Shown here piece by piece: positions 44,829 to 53,953 of a stretch of 64,000 nt of DNA. The position numbers and the translations under genes are program-made. Origin of the DNA: a virus (taxonomy: Duplodnaviria > Caudoviricetes); the IMG/VR virus record IMGVR_UViG_2597490201_000002, positions 1 through 64,000 of that record; one strand, 5' to 3'. Below the pieces are notes generated by a model. The model did no database searches and was not told the origin of the DNA. It saw nothing but the letters and a program-made list of their open reading frames with translations. The number at the start of each line of letters is the position of its first letter. Position 1 is the stretch's first letter.

Positions 44829-45685
44829 GCCATGAGGCGACCAACTGGGCCGTGAAGCTGAAAGGGCTGAGGCCGATCGCAAAGATCGTGCTTTGGCACC
44901 TGAGCGACTGCCATAACCCCATTCAGGGGTGTTTTCCGACGCAAGACTATTTGGCCGAAATGGCAGAGGTGAGCAGAGCCTCGGTCAATCGCATCCTGTC
45001 TGAGCTTGAGCAGGCCGGCATCATCCGGCGTGAGCTACGCATTGATCCTGAGACGAAGCGCCGACTGGCGACCCGCTATCGACTTGCGTTCGAAAAGGGG
45101 TTCGAACCACTAGATGTTGCGGTCCATGTCGCAGGATTGGACATGGATGAAAACGCCGATCCATGTCTCAAAAATGATGAGATCCATGTCTCAAATTCGG
45201 CAGTTTCCATGTCTCACAGCTCTGAGACACTAACCAGTAATAGAACCAGTAATGGAACCGGTAATTCCCCCCAACCCCCCGAAAACGGGGGGCATGGCTT
45301 CGCCGATATTTTGAATGTCTGGCCGAAGGAACATCGTGGTCGACGTGACAACGCCGAGGGCGCATGGAGCAAGCTTTCCAAAACCGACCGCACAGCAGCG
45401 ACGACACTAGCCGAAGCGGTTCTCATCGGCCTCGTTCGCCGCAAACGCCGGGTACCAGCATTGGTGGTCTATCTGCGCAAGCAGCTTTGGGCGGAATACA
45501 TCGATGCTCCAGAGATCGATACCGACGGCTATTTCGTCATCCGCCCTGGAACGCCTGAATGGAACGAGTGGCTTGGATGGGCACGCCGGACTGCCGGGGA
45601 GAAGGGCGTTGAGCGGGTCGTAAGGCAGGGCAAGCTGCTCACTCGCAGCCGCTGGCCAGAACCAGCAGAGAAGGGCGCCGCATGA
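44825..45685 (+). CDS. Phage replication initiator (N-terminal HTH)
   Basis: AKIVLWHLSDCHN...CFPTQDYLAEMAEVSRASVNRILSELEQAGII; contains internal iterons. Confidence 0.85.
   Translation: MSHEATNWAVKLKGLRPIAKIVLWHLSDCHNPIQGCFPTQDYLAEMAEVSRASVNRILSELEQAGIIRRELRIDPETKRRLATRYRLAFEKGFEPLDVAVHVAGLDMDENADPCLKNDEIHVSNSAVSMSHSSETLTSNRTSNGTGNSPQPPENGGHGFADILNVWPKEHRGRRDNAEGAWSKLSKTDRTAATTLAEAVLIGLVRRKRRVPALVVYLRKQLWAEYIDAPEIDTDGYFVIRPGTPEWNEWLGWARRTAGEKGVERVVRQGKLLTRSRWPEPAEKGAA
45123..45265. repeat. Iteron cluster / likely replication origin of element 2
   Basis: TCCATGTCTCA at 45160, 45183 and 45206 (23-bp spacing), a variant at 45123, inverted partial copies, then AT-richer aaccagtaat repeats. Confidence 0.7.
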
Positions 45686-45957
45686 GCCCCCAAGAATGGC
45701 TTGATGCCAACGGTGGCCCGCGCCGCTTCCGACAAGGCGACACGGCCGATCCATTCAGTCTTCAACCCTGGCTCCAAAAGCGAGGATACGAGCTCCTCCT
45801 CGGTAAGAACCAGTTCAAGCTGAAGCCCATCACCAGCAAGCGGGTCAAAGGCGTCGTTCTCTCCCGTCCCGACTTTCTGGCCTTCGTCGACCAACTGCGG
45901 ATCGCAGAAGGCCTTGAACCCATCATCCCATCCAACAAGAGGCAGCAGAATGGCTAA
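45682..45957 (+). CDS. Hypothetical protein
   Basis: Coupled ORF. Confidence 0.55.
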   Translation: MSPQEWLDANGGPRRFRQGDTADPFSLQPWLQKRGYELLLGKNQFKLKPITSKRVKGVVLSRPDFLAFVDQLRIAEGLEPIIPSNKRQQNG

Positions 45958-46534
45958 GGGCCGTCCCCGTAAATCGAATGTCCGTCGTACCAAGTCCGGA
46001 GCGATTAGCCGCGCCGCCAGTGCCTACCATGAAAACGCCGAGGCTATAGCGCTGCGCATGCGCGTCTTCGGCCTTACCGAGATTGAAGCCCGCGATCAGA
46101 AGGCATCGACGTATGTCGGACGCCTCTGCCTGGCCGGTATTCGCAAATCAACCGACGGCATCAGCGAGGCCCAATACGATGCGGCTGTGGCCTATCTGGA
46201 AGCCCAGCAGAACTTCAAGCGGGCTGTGAAATCGCCGGATGCGCTTTCGACCGGCAGCGGCGGCGCCAGCGGCCCGGATGGGGCAGGGTACGATACTTGG
46301 TGCCAACGAGCAGTTGCGAAGTGGGAAGGAATAGAAGCGGCGATCCAAACCGAGCAAGGCTTCCATGAGAACCGCGGCGCCAACATGTGGGCCGCGCTGG
46401 ACTATCTGCTATGCAGGGATCAGGGGATGCCGCATATGATCGGCGATCTGCGCTTGGCGCTAAACGCTGTGGGGCATCATCTGGGGATGATCGCAAGACC
46501 AGTGAAGAAGCATCCTAATGCCAATGCAGCTTAG
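45950..46534 (+). CDS. Putative late transcription regulator (Q position)
   Basis: GRPRK..VRRTKSG...YVGRLCL..ISEAQYDAA...LRLALNAVGHH; last early gene. Confidence 0.55.
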   Translation: MAKGRPRKSNVRRTKSGAISRAASAYHENAEAIALRMRVFGLTEIEARDQKASTYVGRLCLAGIRKSTDGISEAQYDAAVAYLEAQQNFKRAVKSPDALSTGSGGASGPDGAGYDTWCQRAVAKWEGIEAAIQTEQGFHENRGANMWAALDYLLCRDQGMPHMIGDLRLALNAVGHHLGMIARPVKKHPNANAA

Positions 46535-46618
46535 CCAGGTTTCATAGGAAATTATGAACACGCTTCCCATATTGTGCGTTGTGAGTAGTATCCGATCAAA
46601 AGTGAACCGCTGAGCGAT

Positions 46619-46885
46619 ATGGCCGTCTTCTTGGTGCTTGGGGAAAGCCGCCCCGATTTAGAATCCGCTGTGAGCACGAGATTTGCAAATGGGCAGTCGC
46701 TCAAGGTTGCTCCAGGCCAATGGCTTGTGGCCGGCAACTTCACACCACAAGGCGCGAGTGATTACTTGGGCGCAAGCGGTGGTGCTTATGGGCGCGTTAT
46801 GATTAGTCTCGTGACCAGCTATTACGGTTGGCATGAGCGCAATATTTGGGACTGGATTGTTTTGAAGAGCAGTTCGAATGGCTGA
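46619..46885 (+). CDS. Small moron protein
   Basis: 88 aa; sequence looks lower in GC; own AT-rich upstream region. Confidence 0.6.
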   Translation: MAVFLVLGESRPDLESAVSTRFANGQSLKVAPGQWLVAGNFTPQGASDYLGASGGAYGRVMISLVTSYYGWHERNIWDWIVLKSSSNG

Positions 46886-47285
46886 ATCTCGCAGCCGCTC
46901 CGGCGGTGGTCAGGAAGCAAATCCCAGCCGTGAGGGACGGCCTTCTGCTGGTGCTTACGACCAGATGCAGATTGTTGCTCAGGTCATCGACCTACGAATG
47001 GATGTTCGAGGGCTAGAAACCAAAACAGAACGGGCCATTAGCGATATCGGCGCCCTAACTTCCGAGGTGAAGACTGGATTAAGTGCGGCGAACAAGTCGA
47101 CCCACGCGGTGGAAGTTGACATGGCCAAGTTGGTTGAGCGTGTCAATCACCTGCCCAGTAAAGGCTTTATTGTCGGTGCGCTGCTGCTGTCACTGACGGT
47201 GATTGGTGCCCTCGTTATCTTCCAAGGGAACATCGCGAGGCTGGTTGGTGCGGCACCGGCTGTGAGCTCAGTCACTACACGTTGA
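46878..47285 (+). CDS. Coiled-coil protein with C-terminal TM helix (moron)
   Basis: VDMAKLVERVNHLPSKGFIVGALLLSLTVIGALVIF. Confidence 0.65.
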   Translation: MAESRSRSGGGQEANPSREGRPSAGAYDQMQIVAQVIDLRMDVRGLETKTERAISDIGALTSEVKTGLSAANKSTHAVEVDMAKLVERVNHLPSKGFIVGALLLSLTVIGALVIFQGNIARLVGAAPAVSSVTTR

Positions 47286-47294
47286 CGTGGGCTA

Positions 47295-47324
47295 TTGACG
47301 GGCCTGCACAAATCACCCTAAATG
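47295..47324 (+). promoter_or_regulatory. Late promoter candidate (pR'-like)
   Basis: TTGACG...TAAATG followed ~40 nt later by a terminator. Confidence 0.5.
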
Positions 47325-47361
47325 CACGTAATGCGATTTTCAGACTACCGTCTGAAGAATG

Positions 47362-47389
47362 AGCCGCCCGGAAACGAGGCGGCTTTTTT
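47362..47389 (+). terminator. Intrinsic terminator (tR'-like)
   Basis: agccgcc/ggcggct stem followed by a T run. Confidence 0.75.
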
Positions 47390-47426
47390 GTTGCTCGCAG
47401 ATACCCCTCCATCGAAAGGCCTGCCC

Positions 47427-47735
47427 ATGATCCGCAAGTTCATTGCGATCGCGGCGCTCTGTCTGGTCGGCTCCATGGCTTCTATGGTTCCTGCCACTGC
47501 GGCGCCGTTTGATGACGTCTGTGTCCTCGATCTCTCCCAGCCCGCCACTGTTGACTATGCCATCGGCATTCCCGACGGCGAAGATTGCCCGGTCGTCGTT
47601 GCCGATGTTCGCCTCGATCCGACCAGTCTTGGCGGCGACCAGGGCGAAGCCGCTCCGGCCCTGTGCAGCATTGCTTCTTTCGCTCCGATCTCGCTGGCCT
47701 ATCGCCATGAAGATCCGGGCCGCTGCTCGGTCTAA
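47427..47735 (+). CDS. Small exported Cys-containing protein
   Basis: Signal peptide MIRKFIAIAALCLVGSMASMVPATA. Confidence 0.55.
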   Translation: MIRKFIAIAALCLVGSMASMVPATAAPFDDVCVLDLSQPATVDYAIGIPDGEDCPVVVADVRLDPTSLGGDQGEAAPALCSIASFAPISLAYRHEDPGRCSV

Positions 47736-47842
47736 CCATTTAGAAGAGTCCCCTCGGTCGGGCGCTGCGGCGCTCGGCCTGTTTCTCCAGATAGCCATGG
47801 CCATCTCGACAAGCAGGCGCCCCAATACAGACATCGGAGAGC

Positions 47843-47998
47843 ATGATGGATCAGGTGAAGCGCATCGCTCGCGGCGCCCTCGGAGTGGTCGTCTTGGTCG
47901 GGATGCTCGTCGTGTTGTGCTTCGGCATGGCGGAGATGCAGCGGGAATATCCAGATGGCCTGCCGTTGCTGGTGATCCGCTCTACGCCAGCGAACTGA
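47843..47998 (+). CDS. Small single-TM protein
   Basis: Read manually: MMDQVKRIARGALGVVVLVGMLVVLCFGMAEMQREYPDGLPLLVIRSTPAN. GGAG RBS. Confidence 0.5.
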   Translation: MMDQVKRIARGALGVVVLVGMLVVLCFGMAEMQREYPDGLPLLVIRSTPAN

Positions 47999-48376
47999 AT
48001 GACCAAGCTTACCATCCTCAAGCCCCGGCAAAGCAAGTGGGATGCTCGCAGCCCAGAGGCCGAGCAGTACCGAAAGCTCTACAAGACGGCGAGATGGCGA
48101 CGAGTGCGTGCACTTCAGCTTTCGGAACAGCCGCTCTGCGAGAACTGTCAACGACATGGCAGGGTGACAGCGGCCACGGTCTGCGACCACGTAGACCCGA
48201 AGACGAAGCTCAACCCCGCGACGTTCTTCACTGGACCATTTCAAAGCCTATGCGACGATCCACGCTGGCGCTGCCATTCGAGCGTGAAGCAGAGCATCGA
48301 GAAGTCAGGATTCGTCAAAGGCGTGGCGGCCGACGGTCGCCCCCTCGACGCATCACACCCCTGGAACCGGGCCTGA
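47999..48376 (+). CDS. Terminase-associated HNH endonuclease (HK97 gp74-like)
   Basis: YKTARWRRVR..QL..QPLCENC...ATVCDHV...QSLC...CHSSVKQ; directly upstream of terS. Confidence 0.85.
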   Translation: MTKLTILKPRQSKWDARSPEAEQYRKLYKTARWRRVRALQLSEQPLCENCQRHGRVTAATVCDHVDPKTKLNPATFFTGPFQSLCDDPRWRCHSSVKQSIEKSGFVKGVAADGRPLDASHPWNRA

Positions 48377-48504
48377 CCGGACACCGGGGGGGTGGATGGA
48401 AAGTCTGGAGGCCTTCGGCCACGGACCGGTGGACACCCTTCGTACGCACTGCGAGCAGTTTGAAACATAAAAGTTGGGGCCACCCCCGTAGGGGGTGATG
48501 TGTC

Positions 48505-48945
48505 ATGAACGTTGTGAGCATCGACGGCACCGGCGAAATCGCACCGGAACCAGATTGGGAATCGCTCTTCTCGGATGTGCTGGAAGTGGCCGGGGCTCGC
48601 GAGCACTGGCGCATCATCACCACTGAGCTTCGCGAGCGCCAGTTGATGGCCGCCGGCAACGCCCATGCGCTTCAGCGCCTGGTCATCGCATACGTGCTCT
48701 ACGACCGCGCGGTTCGCGAGGTTGCCGAGCATGGTGCTGTCACGAAGCCAAGGCGCGGGAACAGCAAAGCGATCGCGCGGACGTCGCCGCATTTCACTGT
48801 GATGCGCGAGGCCGCGTCCGACGCCGCGGTGCTCGAACAGGAATTCGGTCTTTCGCCACGTAGGCGCGCGGCAGCGACCAAGGTGCAGCATGGCAAGAAA
48901 GCGCCAAGGGCAGCCGACAAGTACCGGACGCCGAAGCAAGCCTGA
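48505..48945 (+). CDS. terS: Terminase small subunit (P27 family)
   Basis: AREHWRII...EQEFGLSPRRRA. Confidence 0.85.
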   Translation: MNVVSIDGTGEIAPEPDWESLFSDVLEVAGAREHWRIITTELRERQLMAAGNAHALQRLVIAYVLYDRAVREVAEHGAVTKPRRGNSKAIARTSPHFTVMREAASDAAVLEQEFGLSPRRRAAATKVQHGKKAPRAADKYRTPKQA

Positions 48946-50743
48946 TCCTACCACTGCCTATGCTGAGGCAGTCGCGAAAGGTCGGCGGCCTGATGGCAGC
49001 TTGCCGGGCGAGTTTGAGATCGCTGCATGCAAGCGGCATCTCGACGACCTGAAACATGGGCCTGATCGCGGGCTTCGATGGGAGCCAGATCGAGCGCAGC
49101 ACGCGATCGATTTCTTCCCGGCGATGTTGACGATCAGCGAGGGCGCCAAGGTCGGTCAGCCCTTTGAGCTTTTGCCTTGGCATGTGTTTGTCGCCGGTTC
49201 TCTTTTCGGCTGGCGCAAGTCTTCTGGGAGAATGCGTTTCCGATCGGCCTGGCTAGAAACCGGGAAGGGACAGGCAAAGTCGCCATTTATGGCGGCCATG
49301 GGCCTGTATATGACCGGGTTCTATGGCATCCCTCGTGCCAAGGCGTTCGCAATTGGCCAGGACAAGAACACGGCAAACGTCCTGTTCAAGGACGCCGTCG
49401 CTATGTGCCGTGGCCCGATTCCTCCGGCACCTGGTGATGAAGTCGACGAAAGCGACACGTTGGCCAACAATGGCGACGTGGTCATTCGCGGCGAAGGCGA
49501 CAACGCGTGGAAGATCGAATTTCCGGAGACGGGTGCACTGTTTCAGGCCCTGGCAAACGGCGAGGCGGTCTCTGGTCCTAAACCAGTATTGGTCGCTGCC
49601 GACGAAATCCACGAGTTCAAATCGAATTCGTCGATTGAGCTTTGGAAGGCCGCAATCGCCAAGATGCCAGGCGATGCACTGATGCTGCTGGGCACGAATA
49701 CGCCTGCGGTCGACCAGATCGTCGGCTCGAACTATTCGGCTTTCTACCAGAAGGTGGTCACCGGCAAATTCTACGACGATGAGGCCTTTGCGTTCATCGC
49801 GCGGGTCGATGCCAAGGACCACGAAAACATCTTTGAGACGCCGGAGGTCTGGACGAAGTCGCTGCCAGCACTGGGCATCACGTTCCCTCGAGAGAACGTC
49901 GACGGCATGGTCAATACGGCCAAGCAAATGCTCTCGACCGCGCTGTCGACCAAGAGGCTGTATTTCGGCATCCCGGTTGGCGCCAGTGAATTCTGGATCG
50001 CCGAAGATGCCTGGATGGCGGTGCTCGGAGAGGTCGATCCCGACAGGCTGAAGGGCTGCAAGTGCTGGCTATCGCTGGACTTGTCGAAGAAGAACGATTT
50101 GACCGCGCTGACAGGCGCGTGGCTCGATCCCAAGGGCCATCTCTGGGAGAAGACTTGGTACTGGACGGTGCGAGATCGCTTGAAAGAGCGCTCGCTCGCT
50201 GATCAGGCGCCGTATGTAGAATGGGTGGAAGCCAAGCTCATCACAGCCGTGGACGGCGCAGTGATCGACAAGACCTTCATCGCACAACAAGTTGCGGCGA
50301 TTTGCGCCGAGCACGAAGTCGATTTTCTGGCATTCGACCCGGCACACATCGCGGACTTCATCGCAGCCTGCGAGCAGATCGGTTTCCCGGTCTGGAGGTT
50401 CGAAGGGCCTGACAAGCCAGAAGGCGAGGGGCTGAAACTAGTCAGCCATGCTCAAGGCAAGTTGGTTCGGTTCGAGGAAAAACAACTGACGATGCCTCGG
50501 AGCATCGAGCGGTTCGAAGACCGCATCCTGAACAAGACGATCACGATTGAGGACTCCCCGGTAACGACGTCCTGCGCGGCAAACGCGCATGTTGTCAGCG
50601 ACGGTCAGGCGAACAGAGCCTTCGATAAGGACCGGAGCAGGGGGCGCATTGACGGCCTTGTGACCAGCGCTATGGCCGCAGGCGCCGCCGACAATGAGCT
50701 CGGCGAGACGCCGGTCACAGATATTGCCGCCATGCTCGGCTGA
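48890..50743 (+). CDS. terL: Terminase large subunit
   Basis: AACKRHLDDL, LLPWH, GKGQAKS (Walker A), ADEIHE, LDLS..DL and RIDGLV. Confidence 0.93.
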   Translation: MARKRQGQPTSTGRRSKPDPTTAYAEAVAKGRRPDGSLPGEFEIAACKRHLDDLKHGPDRGLRWEPDRAQHAIDFFPAMLTISEGAKVGQPFELLPWHVFVAGSLFGWRKSSGRMRFRSAWLETGKGQAKSPFMAAMGLYMTGFYGIPRAKAFAIGQDKNTANVLFKDAVAMCRGPIPPAPGDEVDESDTLANNGDVVIRGEGDNAWKIEFPETGALFQALANGEAVSGPKPVLVAADEIHEFKSNSSIELWKAAIAKMPGDALMLLGTNTPAVDQIVGSNYSAFYQKVVTGKFYDDEAFAFIARVDAKDHENIFETPEVWTKSLPALGITFPRENVDGMVNTAKQMLSTALSTKRLYFGIPVGASEFWIAEDAWMAVLGEVDPDRLKGCKCWLSLDLSKKNDLTALTGAWLDPKGHLWEKTWYWTVRDRLKERSLADQAPYVEWVEAKLITAVDGAVIDKTFIAQQVAAICAEHEVDFLAFDPAHIADFIAACEQIGFPVWRFEGPDKPEGEGLKLVSHAQGKLVRFEEKQLTMPRSIERFEDRILNKTITIEDSPVTTSCAANAHVVSDGQANRAFDKDRSRGRIDGLVTSAMAAGAADNELGETPVTDIAAMLG

Positions 50744-50758
50744 ACAGGAGCAATCCAC

Positions 50759-52666
50759 ATGACCAAGGTCATTCATAAGGTTCTCGCCAGTAAGGGCGAG
50801 GGCCTCGAATTCGTTCTGTCTGATGCCACGGTCGACCGCTACGGCGATATCGTCGAGCCCGATGGTTGGGATCTCCAGAACTTCAAGGGTAACCCGATTG
50901 CACTCTTCGGCCACGCTTCCAGCTTCCCTATCGGGACGTGGGAGAATGTTCGCGTCGAGGGTAAGAAGCTCGTCGGACGGCTGAAGCTCGCTGCGCGCGG
51001 CACCAGTGCCCGCATCGATGAGTTGATCGGCTTGGTCGAGCAGGGCGTTCTGCGCGCCGTCTCGGTCGGCTTCGCTCCGATCGAATGGGAAGCCATCGAC
51101 CCGAAAGATCCTTGGGGCGGCTCGCGGTTCATCCGCCAGCAGTTGCTCGAATGTTCACTCGTATCCGTCCCGGCAAATCCTTCGGCCTTGGCTTTGGCCA
51201 AGTCGATGGGGCTGTCGAGCGAAACCATGTCCCTGGCCTTTGGCGAGCAAGCCGAAACGAGGCGGCGGGATGTGTCTGCAACCGGCAAGCACGCCGAAAC
51301 CTCCTCCCGGAACCGGTCGCAGACCGTCGTTCCTCCTCCCTCAACCGAAAGGTCAACGACCATGAAAACTCTCGCTCAGCGCATCGATGAAAAGACCGAT
51401 GCTCTCGCCGCCAAACGTAAGGAACTCGACACGCTGCTCGGCGCCGACGATCTCGATCATGACGCGATCGATGCTGCCAATGACAGCATTGAAACGCTGG
51501 AAAAGGATCTTACCGTCCTGAAGCGCTCCGAAGGCACTGCTGCCAAGGCAGTCGTCAAAACCAACGTCAACCGTCAGCCCCTGGGCTTCAAGGCCGAGAA
51601 GCTGAACGGTCTGGACCTGATGGTCCGGCGTGCAGTCGTGCATGGCGTTGCTCTCCACACTGGAGCGCAGGTCGAGAAGGTGCTCGAAGAGCGTTATCCC
51701 GGCCACGACGAAGCCACCCATGCCATCGTCACCCGCGCCGCAGCTCCGATCGCCACGACCACCACTTCCGGCTTTGTTTCGCAGTTGGTCGAAAGCACCT
51801 GGGCCGATTTCCTCGAAGCCCTTCGCGGCCCGTCGGTTTACCCAGCGCTTCGCGATCGCGGTTATGGTGTCTCGTTCGACGCCGCCGGCACTGCCTACCT
51901 GCCGCAGCGCACCGGTTCCGGCGCCAACGGCTCCTTCTTCGCTGAAGGTTCTCCGATCCGCGTCGGCCGTATCACTGTCGCTGCCCCGACGTTCACCGCT
52001 CGCAAGATGGGCGTGATCATCCCGTTCACCCGGGAAGCTGCCAAGCGATCGACGCCGCAGCTTGAGGGCGTTCTACGCCGCGCAATCGTGGAAGACACGG
52101 CCGTCACCCTGGACTCGATCCTGCTCGACGCAACTGCCGGCGACACCGTGCGTCCCGCAGGTCTTCTCTATGGCGTGTCGGCGACTGCTTCCGGTTACGG
52201 CGGCGGCGATCACACCGCCGTAAAGGAAGACTTCAAGGCGCTGCTCACGCCGTTCATCAACGCCAATGCTGCCAGCGGCATTACCGTGATGATGAACCCG
52301 AAGCAGGGTCTGAACATCTCCATGATGGACGGCCCGGAAAACAACCCGGAATGGTTCTCGAACCTGGCCAGCCGCGTAACGATCCTGGAATCGACCAACG
52401 TGCCCGACGGTCGCCTGATCGCCATCCGCAACACCGACTTCGCCACTGCGCTTGGCGATATGCCGGAGTTCGAGATCAGCAACCAGGCCACAATCCATAT
52501 GGAAGACACGTCGCCTGCTGAAATCGTGGCCACTGGCCCGACCGCTGCCGCTCCGGTGCGTTCGCTCTGGCAGACCGATTCCTCGGCTCTGCGCATGATC
52601 ATGGACGTGTCTTGGAAGATGGCTCGCGACGGCATGGTGAGCTGGATCGACGGCACCAGCTACTGA
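50759..52666 (+). CDS. Prohead protease fused to HK97-fold major capsid protein
   Basis: DRYGDIV..GW, LFGH, SVGF and LLECSLVSVPANP (protease), then a coiled coil and the capsid domain. Confidence 0.9.
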   Translation: MTKVIHKVLASKGEGLEFVLSDATVDRYGDIVEPDGWDLQNFKGNPIALFGHASSFPIGTWENVRVEGKKLVGRLKLAARGTSARIDELIGLVEQGVLRAVSVGFAPIEWEAIDPKDPWGGSRFIRQQLLECSLVSVPANPSALALAKSMGLSSETMSLAFGEQAETRRRDVSATGKHAETSSRNRSQTVVPPPSTERSTTMKTLAQRIDEKTDALAAKRKELDTLLGADDLDHDAIDAANDSIETLEKDLTVLKRSEGTAAKAVVKTNVNRQPLGFKAEKLNGLDLMVRRAVVHGVALHTGAQVEKVLEERYPGHDEATHAIVTRAAAPIATTTTSGFVSQLVESTWADFLEALRGPSVYPALRDRGYGVSFDAAGTAYLPQRTGSGANGSFFAEGSPIRVGRITVAAPTFTARKMGVIIPFTREAAKRSTPQLEGVLRRAIVEDTAVTLDSILLDATAGDTVRPAGLLYGVSATASGYGGGDHTAVKEDFKALLTPFINANAASGITVMMNPKQGLNISMMDGPENNPEWFSNLASRVTILESTNVPDGRLIAIRNTDFATALGDMPEFEISNQATIHMEDTSPAEIVATGPTAAAPVRSLWQTDSSALRMIMDVSWKMARDGMVSWIDGTSY

Positions 52667-52687
52667 GCCCGCCGGGCTGACAAATCG

Positions 52688-52719
52688 AGGCGCTGGACCG
52701 TTCGGGCCCGGCGCCTTTT
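52688..52719 (+). terminator. Terminator after capsid gene
   Basis: aggcgctgg/ccggcgcct stem followed by a T run. Confidence 0.55.
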
Positions 52720-52753
52720 CCACATGTGCAGATAAGTCTGCGGGAGAAACACC

Positions 52754-53125
52754 ATGGCACTTCGCCGCTTCGTTGTTCCCGTGACCGTCGATGGCGATGG
52801 TGACGCGGAAGTCTTCAGCCCGGTTCTATCCGGCAAGCTCATTTCCTTCCGGTATGTGAAGGACGACTTCACTGACGGCGTCGACTTCACGGTTACCGCC
52901 GAAGCCAGCGGCGAGACACTTTGGGCCGAGGAAAACGTCAACGCCTCCGCCACGCGCTACCCGCGCGGAGCACTCCATTCAACTGCCGGAGCCGCCTCCC
53001 TTTATGCGGCACTTGGCGAAGCCGTGAACGGAAAGATCACGCTGTCTCAGGACCGCGTGAAATTCGTTGTCGCTGCCGGCGGAGACGAGACCTCCGGCAC
53101 CTTCCACATCACCATCGACGGCTAG
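52754..53125 (+). CDS. Virion protein, paralog A (possible head decoration)
   Basis: Beta-rich; paralog of the next gene. Confidence 0.65.
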   Translation: MALRRFVVPVTVDGDGDAEVFSPVLSGKLISFRYVKDDFTDGVDFTVTAEASGETLWAEENVNASATRYPRGALHSTAGAASLYAALGEAVNGKITLSQDRVKFVVAAGGDETSGTFHITIDG

Positions 53126-53152
53126 GGTCTTCGGACCAGAAAGGACTATCCC

Positions 53153-53536
53153 ATGGCCATTCGTAAGTTTGAGGTGACTGCTGTCACCGGCACCGCGACC
53201 GCAACGGCATACAGCCCCTATCTCTCGGGCTATATCGAGAGCATCGAATACGTGAAGGACGGCTCCATCCCCTATGCCGATGGCGTCGACTTTACCATCA
53301 CGTCCGAAGCAACCGGGGAATCCATTCTGGCGCTGACGGATCAGAATGCTTCCGTCGTGAAGCGTCCGCGCGCCGCCACCCACTCTGTTGCCGGCGTGGC
53401 CGCCGTCTATGCTTCGGGCGGCACTGCCGTGAACGATCGCATCGCGCTCAGCCGCGATCGCGTGAAGGTCGCCATTGCCCAGGGTGGCAACGGCAAGTCC
53501 GGCAAGTTCATCATCACTGTCGACGACGGCCGCTGA
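53153..53536 (+). CDS. Virion protein, paralog B
   Basis: Shares YVKD, DGVDFT, NAS, HS.AG, AVN and DRVK motifs with paralog A. Confidence 0.65.
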   Translation: MAIRKFEVTAVTGTATATAYSPYLSGYIESIEYVKDGSIPYADGVDFTITSEATGESILALTDQNASVVKRPRAATHSVAGVAAVYASGGTAVNDRIALSRDRVKVAIAQGGNGKSGKFIITVDDGR

Positions 53537-53593
53537 TCATAGCGGGGCGGCTTCTGGCCGCCTCACCCTTCCCCTCAATTCGGAGGCGAGCAC

Positions 53594-53953
53594 ATGCGCG
53601 CAACCTGGTTTGTCCTCGAAGACGGCAATGCCGCCGATCCCGCAGAATGTGCCGATCAGGATGGCGTTCTGACCCATTCGTCCGGTGTGAAGGTCGCGAT
53701 GCGCTCTCCGGGCGTGCCGCGGTCTCGCGGCGTTGACCTCGATGAGAGCGGCAAGCAGCTCTTTGGCGGCAAAGGCGACCATGACGGCAATGGCGCTGCT
53801 GGTGGCGCAAAGCCGACCGACGAGCCGAAGCCTTCAACGCCTGCCGCGACGGAAACGTCTGCAGTGGTCACGGAAGATATGCAGCCTGCCCAGCGGCCAG
53901 CTCCTGCTCGAAATCCTGGTTACCAGACCCGTCAGGGCAAGGGTCGCCGGTAA
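53594..53953 (+). CDS. Hypothetical head-region protein
   Basis: GGAGG RBS; ends GYQTR. Confidence 0.55.
   Translation: MRATWFVLEDGNAADPAECADQDGVLTHSSGVKVAMRSPGVPRSRGVDLDESGKQLFGGKGDHDGNGAAGGAKPTDEPKPSTPAATETSAVVTEDMQPAQRPAPARNPGYQTRQGKGRR

Noticed and set aside
47843-47998. Holin / lysis cassette
   Set aside because: A single-TM peptide with no adjacent endolysin or spanin; lysis genes probably lie beyond the window.
48377-48504. cos site between HNH and terS
   Set aside because: The position is typical for cos phages, but no specific cohesive-end sequence can be identified from the sequence alone.
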